64,000 nucleotides of DNA from contig OZ242320.1 of NCBI GenBank assembly GCA_965208125.1, forward strand, positions 1,952,001 to 2,016,000, given 5' to 3'. The position numbers and the translations under genes were made by a program. The notes below the pieces were generated by a model, which did no database searches, was not told where the DNA came from, and was given only the letters and a program-made list of their open reading frames with translations. Shown here piece after piece: positions 47,659 through 59,672 of this stretch (position 1 is its first letter; each line of letters opens with the position of its first letter). Source of the DNA: Candidatus Latescibacterota bacterium (GTDB lineage Bacteria > Latescibacterota > UBA2968).

Positions 47659-48954
47659 GTGGCGATTGGTATTGGCTTGATTGGCATGGGCGTTGTCGGT
47701 GGCGGTGTGGCCCGCATTCTTCGGGACCGGGAACGCGAATTCAAAGACGTTCGAGGTCTCGATCTCGATATTCGCAAAGTTGCTGTGCGCGATTTGTCCA
47801 AATCTCGCGCAATTGATTTGATGCCCGATTGTTTTACGACCAATCCTATGGATGTGGTCGCGGATCCGACAATCCAGATTGTGGTCGAGGTGATGGGCGG
47901 TGTTGATGCGGCTTATGATCTCGTTCTCGCGGCGCTTCAAAATGGCAAAGATGTTGTTACGGCGAACAAAGCTCTTCTTGCCGAACGCGGCGACAGCCTG
48001 TTTGAGGCTGCGGTGAAAAATAATGCAGGACTCGGCTTTGAAGCCAGCGTCTGTGGCGGTATTCCCATTATCCAGACACTCAGCCAGGGGCTGGTGGCCA
48101 ACAATATTCAATCGCTTTACGGCATTCTCAACGGCACGACCAACTACATCCTCACCCGGATGACAGAAGCCGGGGAGGACTTTGATCCCATGCTCAAAGA
48201 AGCACAGGACAAAGGGTTTGCCGAAGCCGATCCCACTATGGATATCGACGGCACAGATGCGGCTCAAAAGCTCGCGCTTCTCTGTCGTCTCGCTTTTCGT
48301 CAGCGCGTCTCGTCCGGCGATATTCTCAAAGAGGGAATCTCTCACATCACAGCATTAGATATCGATTTTGCCCGCGAACTCGGCTATACCATCAAGTTGC
48401 TCGGCATAGCCCGCGTGGTGGGCAATCGCATTGAAGTTCGCGTGCATCCCGCCTTTGTGCCACACGATGTACTCCTGGCCGATATTCGCAATGAATTCAA
48501 CGCTGTGGAAATTGTCGGTAGTGCGGTTGACGCCCAGGTCTTTTACGGCAAAGGCGCCGGTGAATTGCCCACGGCCAGCGCGGTGGTCGCCGACCTTGTC
48601 GCAATCGCGGAGCGGCGCAAAGCCGGTCTTGGTCCCGCGGGAGCACCGCTTGCTCCGCTACCCGAGGCAGACCTCGTTCCCATCGGCGATATTCAGACCG
48701 GTAGCTATTGTCGCCTTACTGTTTACGACAAACCCGGGGTGCTGGCACAGGTTGCAGCGCTCTTTGCCGGTGAAGATATCAGTATAGAAACAGTCATCCA
48801 GCACGGACGTTCGGAAACAGAAGGTGGCACGGTTCCCCTGATTATGATCACGCACGATGCTCCCGAAGCTGCGATGCAACGCGCCATCACGCGCATCGGG
48901 AATTTGTCCGCTGTGACAGAAAAACCGCAGATTATTCGGATTCTTCATCCGTGA
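47659..48954 (+). CDS. hom: homoserine dehydrogenase with ACT domain
   Basis: G.G.VG, VVTANKAL, FEASVCGGIP, GILNGTTNYIL, GAGELPTASAV, DKPGVLA. Confidence 0.95.
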   Translation: MAIGIGLIGMGVVGGGVARILRDREREFKDVRGLDLDIRKVAVRDLSKSRAIDLMPDCFTTNPMDVVADPTIQIVVEVMGGVDAAYDLVLAALQNGKDVVTANKALLAERGDSLFEAAVKNNAGLGFEASVCGGIPIIQTLSQGLVANNIQSLYGILNGTTNYILTRMTEAGEDFDPMLKEAQDKGFAEADPTMDIDGTDAAQKLALLCRLAFRQRVSSGDILKEGISHITALDIDFARELGYTIKLLGIARVVGNRIEVRVHPAFVPHDVLLADIRNEFNAVEIVGSAVDAQVFYGKGAGELPTASAVVADLVAIAERRKAGLGPAGAPLAPLPEADLVPIGDIQTGSYCRLTVYDKPGVLAQVAALFAGEDISIETVIQHGRSETEGGTVPLIMITHDAPEAAMQRAITRIGNLSAVTEKPQIIRILHP

Positions 48955-48968
48955 GAGGATGAGAAAAC

Positions 48969-49008
48969 AAAAAAGCGGCAGAGAATTTTCTCTGCCGCTG
49001 CGTATTTT
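48969..49008. terminator. terminator between hom and gyrA
   Basis: AGCGGCAGAGAA-TT-TTCTCTGCCGCT. Confidence 0.65.
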
Positions 49009-49028
49009 CATTCAAAAGATTGTGTTGT

Positions 49029-51665
49029 TCACTTCCATCCCGCCCGTTTTTGTACCTCGCGCCATAATGCCTTCATCTTTCCGTTTTCCTCAGCAGTGTT
49101 TACATCCCCACTTTCACTTACTTCTTCAGATGTCGCGTCCACCGCGGTTTCGACTTCTTCTTCCTCATCCTGGCTGACCTGCGCGACATCGATCACCTGA
49201 TCGCCTTCATCCGGGTTGATCAGACGCACGCCCTGCGTATTGCGCCCAATCACGCTCACGTCCGCTACTTTCTGTCGGATCAAGATGCCATTCTGTGTTA
49301 CAATCACCATGTCGTCGCGGCTATCTTCTGTTACGCCCATCACCGAGACCACGGGACCATTGCGATCTGTCGTTTTGATGTTGATCACGCCTTTACCGCC
49401 CCGGTTTGTCAGGCGATAATCCGAAATTGGCGAGCGCTTGCCATATCCATTGGCACATACGGTCAATAAATGAGACTGCTCTACATTTTCAGGTTTAACG
49501 ACGACCATGCCCACCACGACATCATCGCCTTGCAAAGACACGCCGCGCACACCCTGTGAGTTGCGTCCCATAGATCGCACTTTGTTTTCTTCAAAGTACA
49601 CAGCTTGTCCGTGCTTTGTGGCAATGATCACCCGGTCGTGACCCCCTGTAATCGCGGCTTTGATCAGTTGATCGTCTTCCCGCACATTCATCGCAATAAT
49701 GCCACCCTTGCGCGGGCGACTATAAGCAGATAGCGCGGTCTTTTTTGTCAGGCCCTTTCGGGTTATAGACAGCAGATAGCGATCTTCATCAAATTCGCGC
49801 ACCGGCACGACCTCGGCGACCTTATGCCCAAAGGGGATATCTACCACATTGACAATGGGCCGACCGCGCGCTTGACGCGTGCCCCGCGGGATTTCATGGA
49901 CTTTTAGCCACACACAGTGTCCGCGGTCTGTCAATACGAGGATATAACTGTGCGTGGAAGCCACGAATAAGCTTTCTACAAAATCTTCATCTTTTGTTCG
50001 CATTCCCGTGATTCCACGGCCGCCCCGGTTTTGTGCGCGATAGGTGGATACAGGAATGCGTTTGATGTATCCGTTGTGAGAAATGGTAATGACCATGTCT
50101 TCTTCGCGGATCAAATCTTCAATGCTAAACTCAGAGGCCGCGAACACGATTTCTGACCGCCGCTCGTCGCCGTACTTTTCGCGCATCACACCCAATTCGT
50201 CTTTGACTATTTGCATGCGCGATTCGCGGTTGTCCAGAATAGAGCGCAAGCGTTCAATCTCTTGCGTCAGGTCGGAGTATTCATCTTCTATCTTTTGTTG
50301 CTCCATGTTGGTCAATCGCTGCAATGTCATGGACAAGATGGCCTGTACCTGGCGTTCGGATAATCGGAGTGGTGCATCCGATTGGCGTAGTTCTAAAGCC
50401 GATTCGGATTGTGGTACAGACAATTCGAGTTGTGTCATCAGCGCCTGCCGCGCTTCATTGGTATCTTTTGAGCCGCGGATAATGCGGATCACTTCGTCGA
50501 TGTTGGCCTGCGCGAGTATCAATCCTTCCAGGATATGTGCGCGATCTTCTGCCACTCGCAGTTCGTATTCTGTGCGTCGCTTTACGACATCGTGGCGGTG
50601 GTCGATATAACACTGCAACATGTGCTTCAGGGTCACCTGTTGTGGCCGGCCGTTGACCAGCGCGACCATATTGGCGCCAAATGTCGTTTCCAATTGGGTG
50701 TGTTTATAGAGTTGATTTAAAATCACATCCCCGACCACATCGCGTTTGAGTTCTACGACGATGCGTAGTCCATCGCGATCGGATTCATCCTGAATATTTG
50801 AAATCCCTTCAAGGCGTTTTTCGCGTACCAGATCCGCCATTTTTTCCAATAGTGTTGTCTTGTTCACCATATAGGGGATTTCTGTGATGATAATGGTTTC
50901 TCGCCCGGTTTTGTCTTCTTCTATATCGGCTTTTGCCCGAATTTTCAGAAGTCCGCGCCCCGTCTGATAGGCGTCTAAAACGCCACTCATGCCATAAATG
51001 ATGCCGCCGGTTGGAAAGTCGGGCGCTTTGATATATTCCGTCAATTCAACAATATCCAATTCGGGATTGTCGATCAATGCGACAAGACCATCGACGACCT
51101 CCCCCAAATTGTGTGGCGGAATTGCTGTGGCCATTGTCGTGGCAATTCCCACAGCGCCGTTGCAAATCATGTTTGGAAACGCGGACGGCAAAACCTGGGG
51201 TTCTTCCAGGCGTTCGTCGTAGTTGGGGCGGTAATCAACGGTCTCTTTCTCGAGATCGTTCAACATCTCCTGCCCCGGTCCGGCCATGCGCGCTTCTGTG
51301 TAGCGCATTGCAGCGGGTGGATACCCGTCGATGGAGCCAAAATTACCCTGCCCATCTACGAGTGGATAACGCAACTTAAAATCCTGCGCCAGATGTACCA
51401 GCGTTGGATAGACAATGTCTTCTCCGTGCGGATGATAATTGCCCGAGGCATGACCGGCGATATGAGCGCATTTTCGATGCTGCCGATTTGCGCCCAGGCC
51501 GAGGTCATTCATCGCCACCAAAATGCGCCTTTGCGATGGCTTCATCCCATCGCGCACATCCGGCAATGCGCGATTGACCAGCGTGCTCATCGAATAATCG
51601 AGCATGGACTTCTTCAATTCGTCGCCAATTTCAACAGGGATCACCCGCGATCGTTCTATCATCAT
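49029..51665 (-). CDS. gyrA: DNA gyrase subunit A
   Basis: RALPDVRDG, AAMRYTEAR, GyrA-box QNRGGRG. Confidence 0.95.
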   Translation of the reverse strand: MMIERSRVIPVEIGDELKKSMLDYSMSTLVNRALPDVRDGMKPSQRRILVAMNDLGLGANRQHRKCAHIAGHASGNYHPHGEDIVYPTLVHLAQDFKLRYPLVDGQGNFGSIDGYPPAAMRYTEARMAGPGQEMLNDLEKETVDYRPNYDERLEEPQVLPSAFPNMICNGAVGIATTMATAIPPHNLGEVVDGLVALIDNPELDIVELTEYIKAPDFPTGGIIYGMSGVLDAYQTGRGLLKIRAKADIEEDKTGRETIIITEIPYMVNKTTLLEKMADLVREKRLEGISNIQDESDRDGLRIVVELKRDVVGDVILNQLYKHTQLETTFGANMVALVNGRPQQVTLKHMLQCYIDHRHDVVKRRTEYELRVAEDRAHILEGLILAQANIDEVIRIIRGSKDTNEARQALMTQLELSVPQSESALELRQSDAPLRLSERQVQAILSMTLQRLTNMEQQKIEDEYSDLTQEIERLRSILDNRESRMQIVKDELGVMREKYGDERRSEIVFAASEFSIEDLIREEDMVITISHNGYIKRIPVSTYRAQNRGGRGITGMRTKDEDFVESLFVASTHSYILVLTDRGHCVWLKVHEIPRGTRQARGRPIVNVVDIPFGHKVAEVVPVREFDEDRYLLSITRKGLTKKTALSAYSRPRKGGIIAMNVREDDQLIKAAITGGHDRVIIATKHGQAVYFEENKVRSMGRNSQGVRGVSLQGDDVVVGMVVVKPENVEQSHLLTVCANGYGKRSPISDYRLTNRGGKGVINIKTTDRNGPVVSVMGVTEDSRDDMVIVTQNGILIRQKVADVSVIGRNTQGVRLINPDEGDQVIDVAQVSQDEEEEVETAVDATSEEVSESGDVNTAEENGKMKALWREVQKRAGWK

Positions 51666-51683
51666 TGTCTCATCTTCTCCTTT

Positions 51684-53648
<1,965 letters not shown>

Positions 53649-54002
53649 CTATTGTAACCTGATTGTTTTTACAACCTCACCGCCGACCTCGTGGTTCAAC
53701 TTTTGACGTATATTCTCGCGTTGAAAGATCAACCAGTGCCGCCATGTGGGGTTTTGTACTGAGACCGTTAATTGCCTCCCTCGAAAGCCTTCGACTTGCG
53801 TTACAGCAGCAATATCTTCACCCACTATCCCTTCCCACAATGACAATACGCGCTGTTCTCTCAATTTTTCCGCAAGCCCCAGGCTATCCACCACCTGTCG
53901 AATGGCATCACCTGCGGAAATCGGGTCAGATGTTGGACCAGCCCGATACCTGTAAACACCGCTCTTGCGTCTATCTGTCTCGACGTCCATAGTTTTGTTC
54001 AC
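53649..54002 (-). CDS. DUF721/DciA family protein
   Basis: W..IVG..IA..T motif; position between recF and gyrB. Confidence 0.8.
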   Translation of the reverse strand: MNKTMDVETDRRKSGVYRYRAGPTSDPISAGDAIRQVVDSLGLAEKLREQRVLSLWEGIVGEDIAAVTQVEGFRGRQLTVSVQNPTWRHWLIFQRENIRQKLNHEVGGEVVKTIRLQ

Positions 54003-55087
54003 AATTTCAACAGCCGAAACCCATGTGCTTCAAAATCCAAATCCGGATCGCGCGCTGAGGTGACGACCACCTGCCCAAAATTGGAAATCAGATTCAATAC
54101 TGCTTTTGCCCGTTTGGGATCGAGTTCTGAAAACACATCGTCCATCAGCAAGACAGGGCGCCACCCGGTTTGTTGCTCTAAAAATGTCGCTTCGGCCAAT
54201 TTCCAGGAGAGCAGAACGGTTTTGAGTTGGCCCTGGGACGCGAATTGATGTACAGCTTTGTCATCAAGTGTGAAAATCAAATTGTCGCGGTGTGGTCCCG
54301 TAAGTGTATATCGCAATTCGACTTCTTGTGGCAATCGGGTCGTCAGCGCTTCGAAGAGTATTTCCCTTCCCTGATCGCGCGTTTCCATGGATATGGGACT
54401 GCGATAATTCGCTTTCATTTTTTCGGGTGTGGGCGCGATGGCCCGATAGTATTCCGATAGAAGATGTTGTATGTCATTGAGTGCTTCGAGACGACGAGAT
54501 ATTATGCGAGCACCCAAATTGGACAATTGCTCATTCCACGGTTCAACTTGTTCGGGATGTGATAATAATGCTGAACGGCGGTCTTTTAACAACCGATTGC
54601 GCTGCGCCAAAACGCGCTGATACCCTTCCAGATCAGCCAAATAGGATGCGTTTGATTGCGAAACGAGAATATCTAAAATGCGGCGGCGTTGAGCCGGTTC
54701 CCGCAATACGAGATCTACATCTTCGGGAGAGAATAAAACAGCGTTGAATGCGCCAATGAGGTCCGAAAGGCGGGGAAGAGAGGTCTCTGCAACAGAGGCT
54801 TGTTTCTTGCCGACGAGGGGATCGTAGGCAATGCGAATGGGGAAGGAACGATCTTCGCGCTCTATCTGAGCGTCGATCACAAAATAGTTAGCCCCCCACC
54901 TGAGCACGTCCCGATCTCTGGCACCTCGGCCCGATTTTGCCAGTGCCAAAAAGTACAACGCTTCTAAAACATTTGATTTCCCGCGGGCATTATCTGCCCA
55001 GATTGCCGTTTTTGCCTGATCAAATGTAAATTCAGCATGCTCAAAGTTTCGAAAATTAGTGAGTTTAAGTGAGGAGACATACATCAT
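53999..55087 (-). CDS. recF: DNA replication/repair protein RecF
   Basis: NFRN, NARGKSN, GPHRD, SQGQ, DDVFSELD. Confidence 0.92.
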   Translation of the reverse strand: MMYVSSLKLTNFRNFEHAEFTFDQAKTAIWADNARGKSNVLEALYFLALAKSGRGARDRDVLRWGANYFVIDAQIEREDRSFPIRIAYDPLVGKKQASVAETSLPRLSDLIGAFNAVLFSPEDVDLVLREPAQRRRILDILVSQSNASYLADLEGYQRVLAQRNRLLKDRRSALLSHPEQVEPWNEQLSNLGARIISRRLEALNDIQHLLSEYYRAIAPTPEKMKANYRSPISMETRDQGREILFEALTTRLPQEVELRYTLTGPHRDNLIFTLDDKAVHQFASQGQLKTVLLSWKLAEATFLEQQTGWRPVLLMDDVFSELDPKRAKAVLNLISNFGQVVVTSARDPDLDFEAHGFRLLKL

Positions 55088-56256
55088 TCATTGAGCCGCA
55101 AGGGCATAAGGAGACAAAGATAGTCTTCGCCTTCGAGTTGTTCACCAGGCCTGATGATTCCCGCGGCAACAGCACTGTCGAGTTCAAAGAGGATTTCGTC
55201 ACAGTTAATGCGCCGGAGCACATCTTGTAGATACCCGGAATTATATCCAATGGTCATTTCATCGGCATCGTATTCAACACCCATAGATTCGCGTGCTTCG
55301 CCTCCTATTTCCTGGCTGGTAGCTGATAATGCGAGTTCGTTCTTTTTGAGTTCGAGCCGCAATTGATGGGTCTGCGCACTTGCCAGAATGGAGACGCGCC
55401 GTACCGCAGGCAGCAATTGGCTGTTCGAAACGCGAAGACGCTTGCCGTTGTTTTGAGGGATCACCTGTTCGTAATCGACATAGGGACCTTCAATCAGTCG
55501 GGAGAAGATCTGGATGGCGTCTTCGTCGCCCAGCGAAAAGAGCACATGGCTTTGCCCGAGTTGTACTTTTTGAAGATCTGACCCTCCACCCATGAGTTTA
55601 ACCACCTGATTCAAAGCATGAGGGGGAACAATGGCCTCTCTGTTGTTATCGGGCAACCCATCCTGAATCCGCGAATATTTGACCAGGCGGTGACCATCGG
55701 TTGCCACCATGGTCATGCGTCCATTGCCAACCTGCCAGAGCACCCCCGTGAGCACCGGGCGAGTTTCATCGCGAGACACGGCAAAGATCGTTTTAGAAAT
55801 CATCTCGCTGAGGACATTGCTGTCAGCCGAAGAATCCTGATCATCCTCTTCATCGGACAGAAACCCGATCTCGGGACCGTCAATCTCCGTTGGCAGATCG
55901 GGAAAGTCGTCGGCTGGTACCGACATCAAGGCATACGTTCCTTCGGCACCACTTTGGCGCTGAAGCGTTACGCGACCTTCTTCTGCGGTGAGGGATAGGG
56001 ATTCTTCGGGCAACTCGCGCACAATTTCTGAGAATTTACGCGCTGGCACCGTTGTTGCCCCGGCGTCTTCGATGGTGGCCGAAAGTTTGCATGTTATTGA
56101 TATATCGAGATCTGTGGCACTCAAACACACATCGCTACCATTGTTTGCATCTATCAGGATGTTGGACAATACTGGCAATGCGGTTTTGGAGGGCACGATA
56201 TCAATCACAGCCTGGATACCTTTGAGGAGTTCATCTTTTTCTATTGATACTTTCAT
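55084..56256 (-). CDS. dnaN: DNA polymerase III beta clamp
   Basis: ATDLD, ETRPVLTG, VATDGHRL, SRLIEG, LLMPLR. Confidence 0.95.
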   Translation of the reverse strand: MKVSIEKDELLKGIQAVIDIVPSKTALPVLSNILIDANNGSDVCLSATDLDISITCKLSATIEDAGATTVPARKFSEIVRELPEESLSLTAEEGRVTLQRQSGAEGTYALMSVPADDFPDLPTEIDGPEIGFLSDEEDDQDSSADSNVLSEMISKTIFAVSRDETRPVLTGVLWQVGNGRMTMVATDGHRLVKYSRIQDGLPDNNREAIVPPHALNQVVKLMGGGSDLQKVQLGQSHVLFSLGDEDAIQIFSRLIEGPYVDYEQVIPQNNGKRLRVSNSQLLPAVRRVSILASAQTHQLRLELKKNELALSATSQEIGGEARESMGVEYDADEMTIGYNSGYLQDVLRRINCDEILFELDSAVAAGIIRPGEQLEGEDYLCLLMPLRLNE

Positions 56257-56462
56257 GAATGCGTTTCTCCCGAGCGCGTTGAGCACTTTGTAAATGATTT
56301 TTTGCAGCGTGGAATAGTGTATTCTGGGGGGATGAAAAACGATAGATTTTTTACCCAATTACAAACACCATAATTTACTGAATTTTAACGATTTTGTCAA
56401 CCTTACTTTTTATTGTAGAACCCTCTGTGTCCCAAAGAATTATCAGAAAAAAAAACAGCAAC

Positions 56463-59400
56463 TTAAATGGTTAAAAATACACGTCTTTCCGTCAGCCACA
56501 AGCCCTTTGTGATGACTGTTTCACCGGTGAAATTCTCCCAGTGTTCCGCATAGGTGTTCACCTGGTCGGCTGTTTGTTCGCACAGTGCTTGTACATCTTC
56601 GTCGGTTTTCACTGCATTGGTTTTGTAATCGACGATTTTCCATCCTCTGGGCAGGCGATAGACCAGATCAATGACACCGCGAATAATTTCGCTGGTGTTG
56701 TTCTTCGCTTGCGATACGGCAAAGGGGACTTCGGTATAGACGGTTTTCGAAGTCTGTATTTCTCTCCATATCTCCGAGTTGCGAAATTGCTGCAATGCAT
56801 CCAGTGCGTTTGGTAAAAACTCGGCGTCTGCACCTGCCTCCTGTAGCAAATGTATGACATAAGGTGTGGGATCATCGGGCAATCGCATGTTGATGGCGTC
56901 GTCGAATATCTGGTGGATTACGGTGCCATACGCGGCTCCTTTTCCTGTTGCTGATCTTCCCTCGTCTGAATATGTGATGTCCGCCCGGTCATCTGTCACC
57001 TGCGCGACTTTAAACGATTCTTTTTTCACAACTTCCCAGAATTGGTCCCTTTGCTCTCGTTCCAATACTACAGACGGCATTTCGGTTGATGGGGTTTCTG
57101 GGATGGGTTGCGGTGAATGGTCGCCGTGCGCCAGTTCGGGCATATCTTTTAGATGGGGATAGAGCGGCGACCACGGCCCATGGTCGGGTTTTTCCTCGTA
57201 GGTGGATACCACGAGCAAATTTTCTGCGCGCGTTGCCGCTACGTAGAGCAATCGCAGTTCTTCGCCTTGCAAAAATCGCGTTTCTTCGGTTTCGGCATTT
57301 TCCCAACCCACAGGTTCGGCAACGACCTCGCGTTGATATGGTCCGCGGGGTTTTGTAATGGGCAATGCCAAAAAGGGTTCGTCGCTGGTTCGGGATACGT
57401 GAAATTCGGGACCATAGCGCGTGTAACTCGTGTCATAAGGGTCGGCGAGGAAGACGATTTTGCCCTGTAATCCCTTAGCCTGGTGCAGGTTCATCAATCG
57501 CACGATGTCTTCCTGTGCAGACGGGATGGTCATTTGTTCAATTTTGTAGTCTCTGTCGTCAATAAGGGCGCGCAGTTCGGTTACCACCTGCCCCCAATGC
57601 ATTCCCTGTGCGCTCCATTCGCGGATGAGAGATAATATGCGGATGAGATTGCCAGCATGTGTTTCTCCCATGGGCAGGGTGCGTACAAAAGGCAGGAGGC
57701 CGAGTTTTTCTACACAGCGCGCTATGGCAGTATCTGGCGATAGAGATTGCAACCATTCAGAAGCTTTTTTGAGATGGCCATAAGCCTGCTCGAAGGTTTG
57801 GTGTAATTCTCGATCCATTTCTTCGGGTAATTCGCGTGTCCAGTTGAAAACACCGCCTGCTTTTTTGAACGCATAGAGGGCATCATCTCCCAGGCCGACG
57901 AGGTCTCCCCGCAAATAGGCGAGTAGTGGTAGCGGATTGTCGGGCATATAAACCGTTTCCAAAAAATTTGTGAGTGTGTGCAATACGTCTGCTTCGCCAA
58001 GGCGATTGCCTCCCGTGATTTCAAAGGGTATGCCGCGTTCCTCCAGTGCCTGGGCGTAATGGGACAAATAGCCAGAGGTGCGCGTTAAGATGAGAAAGTC
58101 GCCCGGCGATGCGTTGGCGGTTTCTCCATTAATTTCCGTTTTGCTTTCTATGGCCGCTGCGATGAAGTTTGCAATTCGTCGGGCGTCTTCCTCCGCGATC
58201 TGACTTCGGCTGTTGCGATAGACTTTGTCGATTGAGATTCGGCGGACTGCATCTGTTTCATCATTGGATCTGTATTTGAATAGCGGAGCAAATTCAGCTT
58301 GATAGGGTTTTTCAGGCGCGGTGAACAGGGGTTCAAATGCCGCGTTGATCCAATCACATAGGTGACCCAGTGAGCGAAAGTTCGTGTTCAGGTTGACGAT
58401 GTCGCCATTGGTATCGCCAATGCGGTTGCGGACGAGGTCAAAGGTTTCGACGTCTGCGCGGCGAAAGCGATAGATCGACTGTTTGCCGTCACCTACTAAG
58501 AATAAGCTGCCCGGGCGGGGTGTGAGTTTGCGCCAATCGGTTTCTTGCAGGTTTTCGCCGGTTAGATACAGCAATATTTCGGCTTGAATGGGATCGGTAT
58601 CTTGAAATTCATCTACGAATAGGCAGCGATAGCGATTCTGAAAGTGGCGGCGCACTTCGGGATGGTCGCGCAGTAATCGCGCGGCGAGTTCGAGCAGGTC
58701 TTGAAATGTAAGGCGTCCGGTTTCGCGGCGGGTTCTGGCGTATTCTGCAACTGCGTCATCGACAAAGGGCGCAGCGAATCGGTAGATGTATTGCCGCCAT
58801 CTGGTGAGGGTGGGGTCGAGTGTTTCGGTTTGAAATTCGGATAATAAGGTGTCTCGCAAGTGTTTTGCAAAATCCTGGTTGGGTGTCCAGCTTTTGAGGG
58901 TGACACCGAGGTTTCCGCTGAGTATTTGCAGGAGTTCGATGCGATCCGCGTCGGACTGAATCCCCCGGTTCGACAGGAATAATCGCGCGCGCACCAATGC
59001 TGTTTGGAGGGCATCGCGTCTGCCGGGTAGTGGATCGGGGATATAGGCTTCCGTGTGTTGCAGAAAGGCTTCAAGTTCTGAAATTGCGGTCGATAAATTG
59101 GGTTTTTGGACTGGTTCGCATGCGAGGGGTACATCGCTGAACTGGTAGCGTCTTTGAAAAAATCCATACAGGTCTTCCGGGCGCAGACCCAGTTCTTCAA
59201 ATTTGACGAGTCGCGGGTCTTCGGATAGAAAACGCTGCTGGACAAATGCATCCCACGCTTCGCGGCGCATGACGGCTTCTTCGCGCTCTTCGACTTCTGA
59301 AAAATCGGGTGGTAGGCCCGCTTCAACGGGGCGTTCTCGCAATAACTGGCCGCAGAAGGAGTGTATGGTGCCAATAAAGCATTGATCTACTTTTTCGAGT

Positions 59401-59672
59401 GCGTTTTGAATGCGGTTCAGGTCCTCACCGTCTGCTTTTTGGGCGCGCGATTTTAATTCACTGAAGAATCGCCCGCGCATTTCACCCGCTGCTTTGCGCG
59501 TGAAGGTGATTGCCGATATTTGATCTACGGATACAACGCCTTTTTCCACCGCGTTCGCCATCCGCTGTACCAGCGCGTATGTCTTTCCAGCGCCAGCTCC
59601 TGCGAGCACCATCATATTGCGATCCAGTGCTTCGGCTATTTTATCGCGTGCTTGTTGATCTCGAAGGGTCAT
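56463..59672 (-). CDS. AddA-like UvrD helicase with C-terminal nuclease
   Basis: AGAGAGKT, ITFTRKAA, VDEFQD, GDGKQSIYRFR, YVAATRA, VDYKT; ATGA-coupled to the upstream gene. Confidence 0.9.
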   Translation of the reverse strand: MTLRDQQARDKIAEALDRNMMVLAGAGAGKTYALVQRMANAVEKGVVSVDQISAITFTRKAAGEMRGRFFSELKSRAQKADGEDLNRIQNALEKVDQCFIGTIHSFCGQLLRERPVEAGLPPDFSEVEEREEAVMRREAWDAFVQQRFLSEDPRLVKFEELGLRPEDLYGFFQRRYQFSDVPLACEPVQKPNLSTAISELEAFLQHTEAYIPDPLPGRRDALQTALVRARLFLSNRGIQSDADRIELLQILSGNLGVTLKSWTPNQDFAKHLRDTLLSEFQTETLDPTLTRWRQYIYRFAAPFVDDAVAEYARTRRETGRLTFQDLLELAARLLRDHPEVRRHFQNRYRCLFVDEFQDTDPIQAEILLYLTGENLQETDWRKLTPRPGSLFLVGDGKQSIYRFRRADVETFDLVRNRIGDTNGDIVNLNTNFRSLGHLCDWINAAFEPLFTAPEKPYQAEFAPLFKYRSNDETDAVRRISIDKVYRNSRSQIAEEDARRIANFIAAAIESKTEINGETANASPGDFLILTRTSGYLSHYAQALEERGIPFEITGGNRLGEADVLHTLTNFLETVYMPDNPLPLLAYLRGDLVGLGDDALYAFKKAGGVFNWTRELPEEMDRELHQTFEQAYGHLKKASEWLQSLSPDTAIARCVEKLGLLPFVRTLPMGETHAGNLIRILSLIREWSAQGMHWGQVVTELRALIDDRDYKIEQMTIPSAQEDIVRLMNLHQAKGLQGKIVFLADPYDTSYTRYGPEFHVSRTSDEPFLALPITKPRGPYQREVVAEPVGWENAETEETRFLQGEELRLLYVAATRAENLLVVSTYEEKPDHGPWSPLYPHLKDMPELAHGDHSPQPIPETPSTEMPSVVLEREQRDQFWEVVKKESFKVAQVTDDRADITYSDEGRSATGKGAAYGTVIHQIFDDAINMRLPDDPTPYVIHLLQEAGADAEFLPNALDALQQFRNSEIWREIQTSKTVYTEVPFAVSQAKNNTSEIIRGVIDLVYRLPRGWKIVDYKTNAVKTDEDVQALCEQTADQVNTYAEHWENFTGETVITKGLWLTERRVFLTI

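Noticed and set aside
50360-50430. About 20-aa insertion in GyrA (VPQSESALELRQSDAPLRLS)
   Set aside because: Insertions at this position are common in GyrA; not notable alone
55815-55870. Acidic insertion in DnaN (SDEEDDQDSSAD)
   Set aside because: Falls in the inter-domain linker; likely neutral length variation
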